NCBI GenBank assembly: GCA_963422365.1
Contig: OY729426.1
Span: 2,400,001 to 2,464,000 of the forward strand
From: Nitrospirales bacterium
Lineage (GTDB): Bacteria > Nitrospirota > Nitrospiria > Nitrospirales > UBA8639
Direction of reading: 5' to 3'
Length of the DNA: 64,000 bases
Part shown: in pieces, positions 38,748 to 47,639 of the stretch
Numbering within the stretch: position 1 is the stretch's first letter
Layout of the letters: every line of letters begins with the position of its first letter
Notes under the pieces: generated by a model
Databases searched by the model: none
Told to the model about the DNA's origin: nothing
Seen by the model: only the letters and a program-made list of their open reading frames with translations
Translations under genes and position numbers: made by a program

Positions 38748-40232
38748 TCAGGATTGATGAGGGGGAAAAGCTCGACGAAGGCTCCACGCCATCATGACGG
38801 CAAAAAAACTTGCCCCCACTGCGCCGAGCCAGAGAAACCAAGGCAGCACTCCCAAACAGGCCGACACCGCCACTACAATCGAAAAATCGCGATTGGCCAC
38901 ATGGTCGAGAATAAAATCAAAACGGGTTCGACAGGCTCGACTCAGACGTCGCCAATTCAAGGCTTTGGCTTTTAGGGACCTTATCCGATTGACACCCCAT
39001 AGAGAAAACCCTGTAGAGACAACGGCAAGGGCTCCTAATAGCAGTGGGAGGGAGGGAAAGTCCCAAGGATTTTCTAGATACGTGCCCCAGGCAATTCCCG
39101 CAAACACCGCCATATGCACAATATTGTCTGACACAAGATCTAATGCTTGGCCCAACCGAGATTCTGCAAAGGTGAGGCGCGCCACTTCTCCATCACAACA
39201 ATCGATAAGCACTGCGAATTGAAACAGGAGGGCCCCAATCATGCCCAGATGATACGAGCCTCTGGCAAAACACGCCGCACCAATGAGGCCAATCACCAAC
39301 GACAAAAGAGTAATGGCATTTGGCGAAAATCCCAGTTTGATAAAGAATCGGCTCAAAAGCCGGGAGAACTTCCGATTCACATAGCGGTCGATGAACCCAT
39401 CCATGGAACCTTTCACGTCTTGCAACGAACGAAACAAGATGTGTTCCGCTTTAGAGAGCCCACCGGGCTCTCTGACGTCTTGATATCCATGGGACGAGGC
39501 AGACAGGGTTTGCAGGACTTCTTCCGCAGCTGCCTGCTCCAACGCCAACCGAACCGGACTCGTTTCCAGGGTGCTCCATGCACTAGATATCCCTAATAAC
39601 CGAGCCGGCAAGACAACCAGGTCCTCCACAGGAGCAAGCCCCGTGCCTGCAACCTCAACAGGGTCCACCTTGGAGCTCTGCTGGTCACAAAATACGACTC
39701 GAGGCCTGTGTCCGCTCGTGTGAGAATCAGTTCGCATCACCACACGAGGATTCGCGCTCCACCCGGGTTCACCCGGCCGACCGACCGCCACCACGGCTCG
39801 TCCCTCTTTCCCTTCTTCTCTGAAAGATTCGAGCAACGACGGAGGAAACACCATATGACAACTGAGAATGAAACATGATCCCTTCATCTCACTCGCCAAG
39901 GCTTCCCACGTCTGAGGATCCGACGGAGGAAATTCACGAATAGGAAGCCAGCGGATCGCCGCTTGGATACGATCATCGCCATCAATCAACGAGCGAAGCC
40001 GTTGTTCCTCCTGACCCACTAATGTCAGAATTTGTGAGATCCCTGCATCCTGAAGGGTGAAAACGGTTCGTTGAAAGAGCGTAAGCCCACCAACGTGGGT
40101 CAAGGCCCCAACAGCAGATTGATCAGACGCCCCAACTAAATCAAATACACCTGACGAGGCTAAAACGATGGCCGTGTCGATCATGCCGATTTCAGGTTTA
40201 TTGAGTGTTCCGTCCATAGGTGCGGGGTTCAC
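38748..40232 (-). CDS. CDP-alcohol phosphotransferase with N-terminal NTP-transferase-like domain
   Basis: DCCDGEVAR...G..LD...D signature; SPNAIT. Confidence 0.88.
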   Translation of the reverse strand: MNPAPMDGTLNKPEIGMIDTAIVLASSGVFDLVGASDQSAVGALTHVGGLTLFQRTVFTLQDAGISQILTLVGQEEQRLRSLIDGDDRIQAAIRWLPIREFPPSDPQTWEALASEMKGSCFILSCHMVFPPSLLESFREEGKEGRAVVAVGRPGEPGWSANPRVVMRTDSHTSGHRPRVVFCDQQSSKVDPVEVAGTGLAPVEDLVVLPARLLGISSAWSTLETSPVRLALEQAAAEEVLQTLSASSHGYQDVREPGGLSKAEHILFRSLQDVKGSMDGFIDRYVNRKFSRLLSRFFIKLGFSPNAITLLSLVIGLIGAACFARGSYHLGMIGALLFQFAVLIDCCDGEVARLTFAESRLGQALDLVSDNIVHMAVFAGIAWGTYLENPWDFPSLPLLLGALAVVSTGFSLWGVNRIRSLKAKALNWRRLSRACRTRFDFILDHVANRDFSIVVAVSACLGVLPWFLWLGAVGASFFAVMMAWSLRRAFPPHQS

Positions 40233-40265
40233 CTTCGCACGACTATGCTTGGCAAGAAATGGGCC

Positions 40266-41000
40266 TTACCCTCTAACATGTTCTCCCAACCGGGGCAAAA
40301 TGTCTTTTCGTGCCCGTTCCAGATCTTCAGGGAAGTCAATCTCAATCCAAGGCAGGCCCCCAATTTTCTCAACCCCGACCGGGATGTCGCGAAAAAAGTC
40401 TTCCAACGCATCTTCATATTCTATATCCAGCAGCCCCTGATTCACACGCATCTCTACCGATCGGAGCAAACGAGGCACGGCAGCATGCTCCACGCGTAAA
40501 AATCCCACGCCTTCGCCCACCAGGTCATACTCTCCCTGCACGTACTTGGACAACATCACCACCCGTCCCTCCCGTACCACGACCATGCATTCCTCTGTTT
40601 GTTGCGTCACCGTTTCATCCATCAACAGGGAATTGGCATACGGAGAAGTGAACAATCGCTCAAGGATAGCGGGATGAAACAGGACGTCGGCATCCATGAT
40701 CACCACATCATCATCCAATGCTTGTCGGGCCACCCACAAAGAGCCAAGGCTTCCACGTTCAAATTGGCTATTGACCAAGAACCTCACATCCAATGGGGAG
40801 GGGTATGAAGCCACCGCCTCACGAATGAATTCTTGTTTGTACCCGACCACCAGACAGATTTGGGTCACGCTCAGATCAAGCAGCGCATCGAAATAGCGAT
40901 ACAGAAGGGGCCGCTTTCCAATCTCAATCAAACATTTAGGGTGATGGGTCAGAATATGAAGCCGACTCCCACGCCCTGCAGCCAAAATGACCGCTTTCAT
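40266..41000 (-). CDS. LicC/PntC-like phosphocholine/phosphonate cytidylyltransferase
   Basis: ILAAGRGSRL, PKCL, WIEIDFPEDL. Confidence 0.85.
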   Translation of the reverse strand: MKAVILAAGRGSRLHILTHHPKCLIEIGKRPLLYRYFDALLDLSVTQICLVVGYKQEFIREAVASYPSPLDVRFLVNSQFERGSLGSLWVARQALDDDVVIMDADVLFHPAILERLFTSPYANSLLMDETVTQQTEECMVVVREGRVVMLSKYVQGEYDLVGEGVGFLRVEHAAVPRLLRSVEMRVNQGLLDIEYEDALEDFFRDIPVGVEKIGGLPWIEIDFPEDLERARKDILPRLGEHVRG

Positions 41001-42091
41001 GTCCCCCTGTTCTCCTGCTGCAAGACTTCCTCAAACGCCCCCAGGAAATCTTCGATGTGTTGTGCCTGTAAAGCGCCCATATTCGCCACGCGGAAAATCT
41101 TCGACTCTAAATGTCCTTGGCCGGCATAGATAACATAGCCGCGCTCTTTCAGACGGTCATGGAGGACGGGATACGTCAGTCCTTCCGGCAAATAAAAGGC
41201 TGTCAACGAATTCGACTGATGCTCCGCAGGAAGCACGGCTTGCACCCCAAGGGTTTCCATCCGTTCCCGAATCAGAGAGGCCATCCGTCCATATCGCTTG
41301 ATCCGATTGCCAACTCCTTCTTCCAAGAGTTCCGATAAGGCTTCACCGAATGCGGCATACAACTGAATAGCCGGCGTAAAGGGAAGACGGCTTTTTTCTT
41401 GTGTCTCGTAATAATTGCCCAGGTTCAAATACCACGAGCGCTTGGGGTACTTCACCACATTTTCCATAAAGCCTTTTCGAACCAGAACAAACGAAACTCC
41501 TGGGAATCCCTGAATACACTTTCCCGCGGTCCCAGCCACCATATACATATGACGACCGGCAATATCCAAGGATTCCCCTCCTAACCCACTGACAGAATCC
41601 AGTACAAAGACCCCCCCACGGCTATCGACGTGTTCTGCAATTTCGTGAACGGGATTGAGAAGCCCCAGAGTCGTTTCATGATGAACCATGACCACCGCAT
41701 GAGCCGACGGCTGTTGCTTCAGAGATTTAAGAATTGTTTCCGGATCGGGCTGGGTATCCCACTTACATTTGATTTCAGCAATCCCAAGGCGTTGTGTCGC
41801 AACGATTGAAGAAATCCGTTCTCCATACACCCCGTTATTGACATGAACCAGGCGCTTCCCTGCCGGCAAACACGACATGATGGAGGCCTCTACCGCAGCC
41901 GTACCCGAGCCAGTCAGAAGAATCGCGGTGTAATCCGATTCCGCACCCGGAACAAAGGCTTCCAGAAGTTTCCGACGAATCTTGCCAATCAATTCCGCGC
42001 ATTCGGATTCCCGATGACAGAGATCCGGACCTATCAAGGCATTTCGGACGCGATCTGAGACATTGACCGGACCTGGATTGAGCAGTATCAT
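40997..42091 (-). CDS. 2-aminoethylphosphonate aminotransferase-like class V enzyme (PhnW/AepZ family)
   Basis: LLNPGP, GSGTAA, VHHETT.G.LNP, KCIQG.PG, IYAGQG, FRVANMG. Confidence 0.85.
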   Translation of the reverse strand: MILLNPGPVNVSDRVRNALIGPDLCHRESECAELIGKIRRKLLEAFVPGAESDYTAILLTGSGTAAVEASIMSCLPAGKRLVHVNNGVYGERISSIVATQRLGIAEIKCKWDTQPDPETILKSLKQQPSAHAVVMVHHETTLGLLNPVHEIAEHVDSRGGVFVLDSVSGLGGESLDIAGRHMYMVAGTAGKCIQGFPGVSFVLVRKGFMENVVKYPKRSWYLNLGNYYETQEKSRLPFTPAIQLYAAFGEALSELLEEGVGNRIKRYGRMASLIRERMETLGVQAVLPAEHQSNSLTAFYLPEGLTYPVLHDRLKERGYVIYAGQGHLESKIFRVANMGALQAQHIEDFLGAFEEVLQQENRGT

Positions 42092-42147
42092 GAGCTTGAC
42101 GTTATCCTTTTTTCCTTAGTTATGACATCCATTGAGACCCAAATGAG

Positions 42148-42738
42148 CTAGCCGTGACCCACGGCTGCACGAAAACGTTTTGTCATATCAGGGGGATCGA
42201 GGGCCACTCGATCGGCATCTTCAATCTGCTCGTTGACTTTAATCAGCAAAAAATTCGGGCCCTCGCTGTTCAGCATGTCTTTAAATTCATAGACAATATC
42301 CTCTCGTTCCCAAACCCGTTCGACAGTGGCGTAGCCGGCAGCCTTGGCTACGTGGTCCAGCCGAACGAACCGCGAATAGGAAGGCTGATTGCCGGTTGTC
42401 CCGTACACCTCGTTATCAAAGACCACATGAGTCAGGTTTTTCGGGTGTAATGCTCCGATAGTGGCCAATGTACCCATCCCCATGAGCACGTTCCCATCAC
42501 CATCGAACACGACGACTGGCTGTTCCGGTTTGGCCAAAGCAAGACCCAATCCAATTGAGGCAGCGACCCCCATCGACCCAATCATATAAAAATTGCCTGC
42601 CCGGTCCTGGATTTTTTGGGCTTCCCGTGAGGGGAACCCATTACAAATGATCACAGGTTGGTCAGACAGAACCTCAAAGAGCGCTTGAATCGCCTGGGCT
42701 CTGCTCTGCATCACGCCTTCTTCAGGTCGCAAACTCAC
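42148..42738 (-). CDS. ThDP decarboxylase beta subunit (ComE/phosphonopyruvate decarboxylase C-half)
   Basis: NFYMIGSMG, DGDGNVLM, DNEVYGTTGNQ. Confidence 0.88.
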   Translation of the reverse strand: MSLRPEEGVMQSRAQAIQALFEVLSDQPVIICNGFPSREAQKIQDRAGNFYMIGSMGVAASIGLGLALAKPEQPVVVFDGDGNVLMGMGTLATIGALHPKNLTHVVFDNEVYGTTGNQPSYSRFVRLDHVAKAAGYATVERVWEREDIVYEFKDMLNSEGPNFLLIKVNEQIEDADRVALDPPDMTKRFRAAVGHG

Positions 42739-42754
42739 TGACTCTCGCCCTTTC

Positions 42755-43258
42755 TTAAGGTTGGATGGTTTTCACCACACCCTTTTTCAAAAACAACGCA
42801 ACAGGGATTCGTTGCTCCATAAAGGTTTGCGCGGTCCATTGAAGATCATCCGCCAGGGTTTCCTGGGATAACGTTCGATGAGGAATCCGAATCGTCTCCA
42901 TCAACTGCGGCATGGTTTGCCCCATCACCACGTGTTCCGGGGCATCTTTCCCTTCAAAACCTCTCCAAGAAATAATCAGCAAGCAAGGGATCCTGTAGAT
43001 CAAATGAAGTGACATCAGCACATTCAAGGCATTCCCCAGCCCTGAATTCTGCATAAGAACGACAGGGATTTTTCCACCCAAAAACGCCCCTGCGGCCATG
43101 GCAACCGCCTCATCTTCACGCACCGACGGTGTATAGAGCCGGCGTTCACTTAACACTTCAATGATCCCGCCTAAAATCGTATCTGGCACACCGGTAAAAA
43201 AATCAAATCCAATATCCCTGAGTGCTTTCACAAAATCATCACTGTCGATCACGGCCAT
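42755..43258 (-). CDS. ThDP decarboxylase alpha subunit (ComD/phosphonopyruvate decarboxylase N-half)
   Basis: FFTGVPD, REDEAVA, MQNSGLGN, WRG....DAPEH. Confidence 0.88.
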   Translation of the reverse strand: MAVIDSDDFVKALRDIGFDFFTGVPDTILGGIIEVLSERRLYTPSVREDEAVAMAAGAFLGGKIPVVLMQNSGLGNALNVLMSLHLIYRIPCLLIISWRGFEGKDAPEHVVMGQTMPQLMETIRIPHRTLSQETLADDLQWTAQTFMEQRIPVALFLKKGVVKTIQP

Positions 43259-43560
43259 GACATCGTTCCTGAATGTGTTTAAAAAACATGCCTTCCTGGA
43301 AAAAGAATGTCTTTCCAAAAGTAGAGGGATTGGGGAAGCAAGAAGATCCACTCCGTGTCAAAACAAAAAACGGCACGGAATCATCTCTTTCTCCTAGCGA
43401 AAGAGATTATAACGAAGGGGTCGCATGCTTCTCAACAAACAGAACTGATTTCTTTTGAAACCGCCTCTCACAATTGCGGAGATTTGGTCCAGCAATGTAC
43501 ACTCTCAGGCGTTACGCACAGAGTGTTGAGAGATAACCCGTTACAAGGAGCGTGGAGTGT

Positions 43561-43986
43561 ATGAAACGTGGACAGACAGGAGAGGCGCTAGATACGAAAC
43601 GACATGCCAAAAGCGGTATTACCACACCACTCCCCCCTTTGGAAACCTGGCCTAACCAATTTCCCGGGACTGAGATCACGATCGAGATACCGGAATATAC
43701 CGCCATGTGTCCGAAAACCCAACTCCCGGACTTTGGTACAATCACAATTCGTTACATGCCGCAAAAATCCTGCGTCGAGCTCAAGTCGCTCAAGCTCTAC
43801 ATCCATGCCTATCGCAACGTCGGCATCTTTTACGAAAACGCCGTCAACCGCATCCTTCAAGATTTCGTGAAAGCCTGCCGACCCGAATGGGCCATCGTGA
43901 CCGGAATGTTTACGGCTCGCGGCGGTCTCAGCAGCACCATTCAAGCGAACTACCCGAAAGACGGATCACGACTTCGCAAAGGTTGA
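43561..43986 (+). CDS. queF: preQ0 (7-cyano-7-deazaguanine) reductase, short type
   Basis: CPKTQLPDFG, VELKSLKLY, ARGG. Confidence 0.95.
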   Translation: MKRGQTGEALDTKRHAKSGITTPLPPLETWPNQFPGTEITIEIPEYTAMCPKTQLPDFGTITIRYMPQKSCVELKSLKLYIHAYRNVGIFYENAVNRILQDFVKACRPEWAIVTGMFTARGGLSSTIQANYPKDGSRLRKG

Positions 43987-44038
43987 CCGCTTCTGACACC
44001 CTGAGTAAGTCTGCAATCCAGACTCTGTTGAGCAAGCA

Positions 44039-44436
44039 ATGGGCCTAACCTTCATCAAAGCAAGTATTATCAATCCCGCGAGTCCACGAAGGAAGACCCG
44101 CCTAGCTTTTTTAGTGGATTCGGGAACGGTCTACTCTGTTGTCCCCAAACAACACTTAAAGCGAATCGGCATCCAACCGCACAGCACTCGGATCTTCACA
44201 CTCACCGACGGCACCCAAATTACCAGGGAAATCGGTGACGCGATCTTGCCATTAACGGAGATCGAGCAGCATCCCCCGTCATTTTCGGTGAGGCTGGGGA
44301 TAGCCTGCTTTTTGGCACGGTTTCCCTCGAAGCTCTAGGGCTGATCCTCGACCCGATCCGGCGTGAGCTCCGTCCTCTCCCCATGGTCCTTGGTCAAAGG
44401 CGACCGAACGTACAGGAATGTCGGATACGGCTTTAA
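44039..44436 (+). pseudogene. Clan AA (retropepsin-like) aspartyl protease with a single-base frameshift
   Basis: FLVDSG motif; after ~44245 the homologous tail AINGDRAASPVIFGE...LEALGLILDP...L.P continues in another frame. Confidence 0.75.
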
Positions 44437-45575
44437 TGGCTATGGTAGAACTCGCCGATACGCTGAACAACCAATTCCATCTGCGAGTCAGTGAGTTCAG
44501 GATAAATCGGCAGGGACAACACTTCTCGAGCCATTCGCTCCGAGACTGGAAGATCACCTTTCTGGTACCCAAGGTGTTGGTAACATTCCTGAAGATGAAG
44601 GGGGACAGGGTAATACACTTTATGACCAATTTCATGTTCCTTCAAATAGGCCATCAACTCGTCGCGCCGTTGGGCACGAATGGTATATTGGTTAAAGACA
44701 TGGACGTTGCTTGGATCCGTCGTTGGCAGCGTGATGCGCTCCAATAAACCCACTTCAGCAAAAAGCCGATCATAGTTCGCCGCGTTCCAAGCCCGTTTTT
44801 CATTCCAGCCGCCCAGGCGGTGCAGCTTGACGTGCAGCACCGCCGCCTCAAGCGCATCAAGCCGACTGTTGAGCCCAATATGGTCGTGATGGTAGTCTGA
44901 CCGGCTTCCATGGACTCGCAACGAGAGGAGCCGTTCACGAAGGTTTCGATCATTCGTCACGATTAACCCTCCATCACCCACGCCTCCAAGATTTTTAGAC
45001 GGGAAAAAGCTGAAGCACCCCGAATACCCGAAAGTCCCGGCTTTTCGGCCACGTCGACTGGCCCCTATGGATTGGCAGGCATCTTCGATGACCTTGACGC
45101 CATGTCGATCAGCCACTTCCATGATATGCTCCATATCGGAACATTGACCGAAGAGATGCACAGGGATGATGGCTTTCGTGCGAGGCGTGATGGCTTTGTC
45201 AAGCTGGTCGGGATCCATCGTAAAGGTGTCGGCCCGGATATCGACAAAGACCGGCACGCCGTGTAACAGGGAGACCACCCCTGCCGTGGAAAAAAAGGTA
45301 AACGGCACGGTAATCACTTCATCGCCAGGCTCCACTCCTACCGTCATTAAGGACAACCATAACGCATCGCTTCCCGAGGCCACGCCAACGGCATACCGAC
45401 ACTCAAGATAGTCGGCGATGGCTGCTTCAAAGGCCTCAACCCGTTGACCGAGGATAAAGCTTTGATCCTCGCAGACCCCTTGGATCGCTGACAGGACATC
45501 CGAACGAATCTGCTGAAACTGCGCTTTCAAATCCAATAAGGGGATCTTCACGGACGGTCTCGCTCCTGTTACCAT
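44433..45575 (-). CDS. DegT/DnrJ/EryC1/StrS aminotransferase
   Basis: IEDACQS, SFFPSKNLG, NSRLD. Confidence 0.93.
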   Translation of the reverse strand: MVTGARPSVKIPLLDLKAQFQQIRSDVLSAIQGVCEDQSFILGQRVEAFEAAIADYLECRYAVGVASGSDALWLSLMTVGVEPGDEVITVPFTFFSTAGVVSLLHGVPVFVDIRADTFTMDPDQLDKAITPRTKAIIPVHLFGQCSDMEHIMEVADRHGVKVIEDACQSIGASRRGRKAGTFGYSGCFSFFPSKNLGGVGDGGLIVTNDRNLRERLLSLRVHGSRSDYHHDHIGLNSRLDALEAAVLHVKLHRLGGWNEKRAWNAANYDRLFAEVGLLERITLPTTDPSNVHVFNQYTIRAQRRDELMAYLKEHEIGHKVYYPVPLHLQECYQHLGYQKGDLPVSERMAREVLSLPIYPELTDSQMELVVQRIGEFYHSH

Positions 45576-45692
45576 AGGTGAATCGAGGATAGCGTATTCA
45601 AGCATACCCGAAAGGAACGAGCAAGTCAGAAGCGCCACCCTTTTTCCTCTTGATGCTCCAGCCCCATTGTCTCCATACTATTGGTGAATGTC

Positions 45693-46229
45693 ATGAACTA
45701 TTGCAGCAACTGTGGAGCACGACTCATCATGAAAATCCCCGTTGGGGATACGTTGCTCCGATTCGTCTGTAAGCATTGCCAGACCATTCATTATGAAAAT
45801 CCAAAAATTGTGGTGGGCTGTCTTCCTGAATGGGAAGACCAGATCCTCCTGTGCAAACGAGCCATTGAGCCACGTTATGGACTCTGGACGTTTCCCGCAG
45901 GGTTTATGGAAAAGCACGAAACCCTTGAAGACGCTGCCGCTCGTGAGACCTTAGAAGAAGCCGAAGCCTGGGTGGAGATCTCCCAGCTTTACGCGATTTT
46001 CAGCATTCCGCACGTGAACCAAGTGTATATCGTTTTTCGCGGAACCATGAAACATGCAACATTCGGCGCAGGGAGGGAAAGTCTGGAAGTCGCTCTTTTT
46101 AAACGAGAAGAGATTCCATGGTCGAAGCTGGCCTTTCGAGTGATTCATGAAATATTAGAGCGCTATTGCAAAGACAGCAATCATGTTCCGGTTCACCTGG
46201 GAACCATCCTTGACACTCCTCAACCATAA
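45693..46229 (+). CDS. Nudix hydrolase with N-terminal zinc ribbon
   Basis: CSNCG...CKHC; GFMEKHETLEDAAARETLEEA Nudix box. Confidence 0.92.
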   Translation: MNYCSNCGARLIMKIPVGDTLLRFVCKHCQTIHYENPKIVVGCLPEWEDQILLCKRAIEPRYGLWTFPAGFMEKHETLEDAAARETLEEAEAWVEISQLYAIFSIPHVNQVYIVFRGTMKHATFGAGRESLEVALFKREEIPWSKLAFRVIHEILERYCKDSNHVPVHLGTILDTPQP

Positions 46230-46274
46230 CTCGTCGATTGCTGCTTTTCCACGCTACAAGTTCCGAACAACGGC

Positions 46275-46703
46275 TCACGAGGCCGCATAGACAATCACTC
46301 CATACCGCGTTGCTTTACCAATGGCTATCCACAACAAGGCCTGAAGCCAATGAAGGCGGAGCCACCCACCGACCAAACACAGCGAATCCCCCACGACAGG
46401 CACCCAAGACAAGATCAAGGCTGGGCTCCCCCATTGCCGCACCCATTGAAGAGGTCGGTGATACTTGGGTTGAGTGAAATGGTTGGCCGGATACCACCAA
46501 CCGAAAAAACATCCGACGCCCCACAGGCTCATCCCGCCCAACGTATTCCCTGCCGAGGCAACGCCCAAAAGGATCCATGGATCATACTCATCCTGGACGG
46601 CCAAGATCGCCAACACGGCCTCAGATCCACCAGGGAGAAGAGTCGAAGCAAGAAAGGCACTCAGAAACAAGACCCACAGGCCTGAACCGTCAATCGTCGT
46701 CAC
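46275..46703 (-). CDS. YqaA/DedA-family membrane protein
   Basis: FLASTLLPGGSE, GNTLGG, SWVPVVGD, GKATRY. Confidence 0.9.
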   Translation of the reverse strand: MTTIDGSGLWVLFLSAFLASTLLPGGSEAVLAILAVQDEYDPWILLGVASAGNTLGGMSLWGVGCFFGWWYPANHFTQPKYHRPLQWVRQWGSPALILSWVPVVGDSLCLVGGWLRLHWLQALLWIAIGKATRYGVIVYAAS

Positions 46704-47057
46704 ACCCTGTCATCATAGGATTGTGCAAAAGCCTGTGGATGGCAAGAGAGTCAGGGTGAGTGCCCGTTCATTGCGCCAACAAACCCGGCACCAGGACGAG
46801 GATCTCGCCATCGTCACAAGACCTCGCTACACGCTCCACCAGCCTGGGAGTGCGCCTTGGCTTCTTGAAGACTTTGGAGAATCATTCGAGACATCCCAGC
46901 GCACGAGTAGTGTCAATACAACCTAAAACAAGCCTTTTTCGATCCTGAAAATATCCGGATCCTTGGTATTTTCAATATAGGAGAGCCATAGTGAAGCAAC
47001 CCGGTCCTGCGATTCGTCATTCTCGTCTCCTTCTCCCTCTGCAGCAGGCACCTTTCT
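46595..47057. repeat. Direct repeat copy A (matches 63538..64000)
   Basis: Near-identical 463 bp at offset 16,943. Confidence 0.95.
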
Positions 47058-47621
47058 ACTGATAAGTTGCAGCAGCACCATTCGTTCCCGTTCGTCGGTT
47101 GCGCGAAAAACGACAAAAACGCTGTCGTCAAGGCGCGTGTTTATCAACGTCCTATCAGGAGCAAAGCCTAATGCACTGAAGTATTTTCGAATGACGTTGG
47201 CGGTCGTTACCAACGCTTGTGGGTCCGGATCCTCGGTCACGGGCAATCCCCACAAAATATTAATCTGAATCAGTTTTTCTTGCTTGTAACCGTGAATATA
47301 AACGACGCGAGCCGGTCCGCTGCCAGGGAAGAGGCCCGTCACAGTCGCCACCAGACTGGAAGTCCTGTCTTCGTCATTCGGCTGCACCACGATATCTTCT
47401 TGCCCAAGCTGAAAATCGCGTTGTATGGCCTCCAGAGTTTTCGACTGCGACATCCCGAAGAGAGCCGAACGAAACCCCGTTATTTGGGGACCGACGGCTT
47501 CTTTGATAGTCGTATTCTCTAGCGCCGCAAAACTCTCCGCATCAACGCATAAAATAGGCACTCCAGCCAAGACAGCAAGGGCAGCGACAATAAACGCAGA
47601 GGTCCTAACCGTATCCATCAT
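46923..47621 (-). CDS. Exported accessory protein of the TPS cassette, unknown function
   Basis: Signal peptide; GFRSALFGMS motif; 18 bp downstream of tpsA. Confidence 0.8.
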   Translation of the reverse strand: MMDTVRTSAFIVAALAVLAGVPILCVDAESFAALENTTIKEAVGPQITGFRSALFGMSQSKTLEAIQRDFQLGQEDIVVQPNDEDRTSSLVATVTGLFPGSGPARVVYIHGYKQEKLIQINILWGLPVTEDPDPQALVTTANVIRKYFSALGFAPDRTLINTRLDDSVFVVFRATDERERMVLLQLISRKVPAAEGEGDENDESQDRVASLWLSYIENTKDPDIFRIEKGLF

Positions 47622-47639
47622 AACCTGATTTCCCCCTAA

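Noticed and set aside
43380..43420. Hairpin upstream of queF as a preQ1 riboswitch
   Set aside because: Lacks the preQ1-I loop consensus and A-rich 3' tail; would need an Rfam covariance search to revisit
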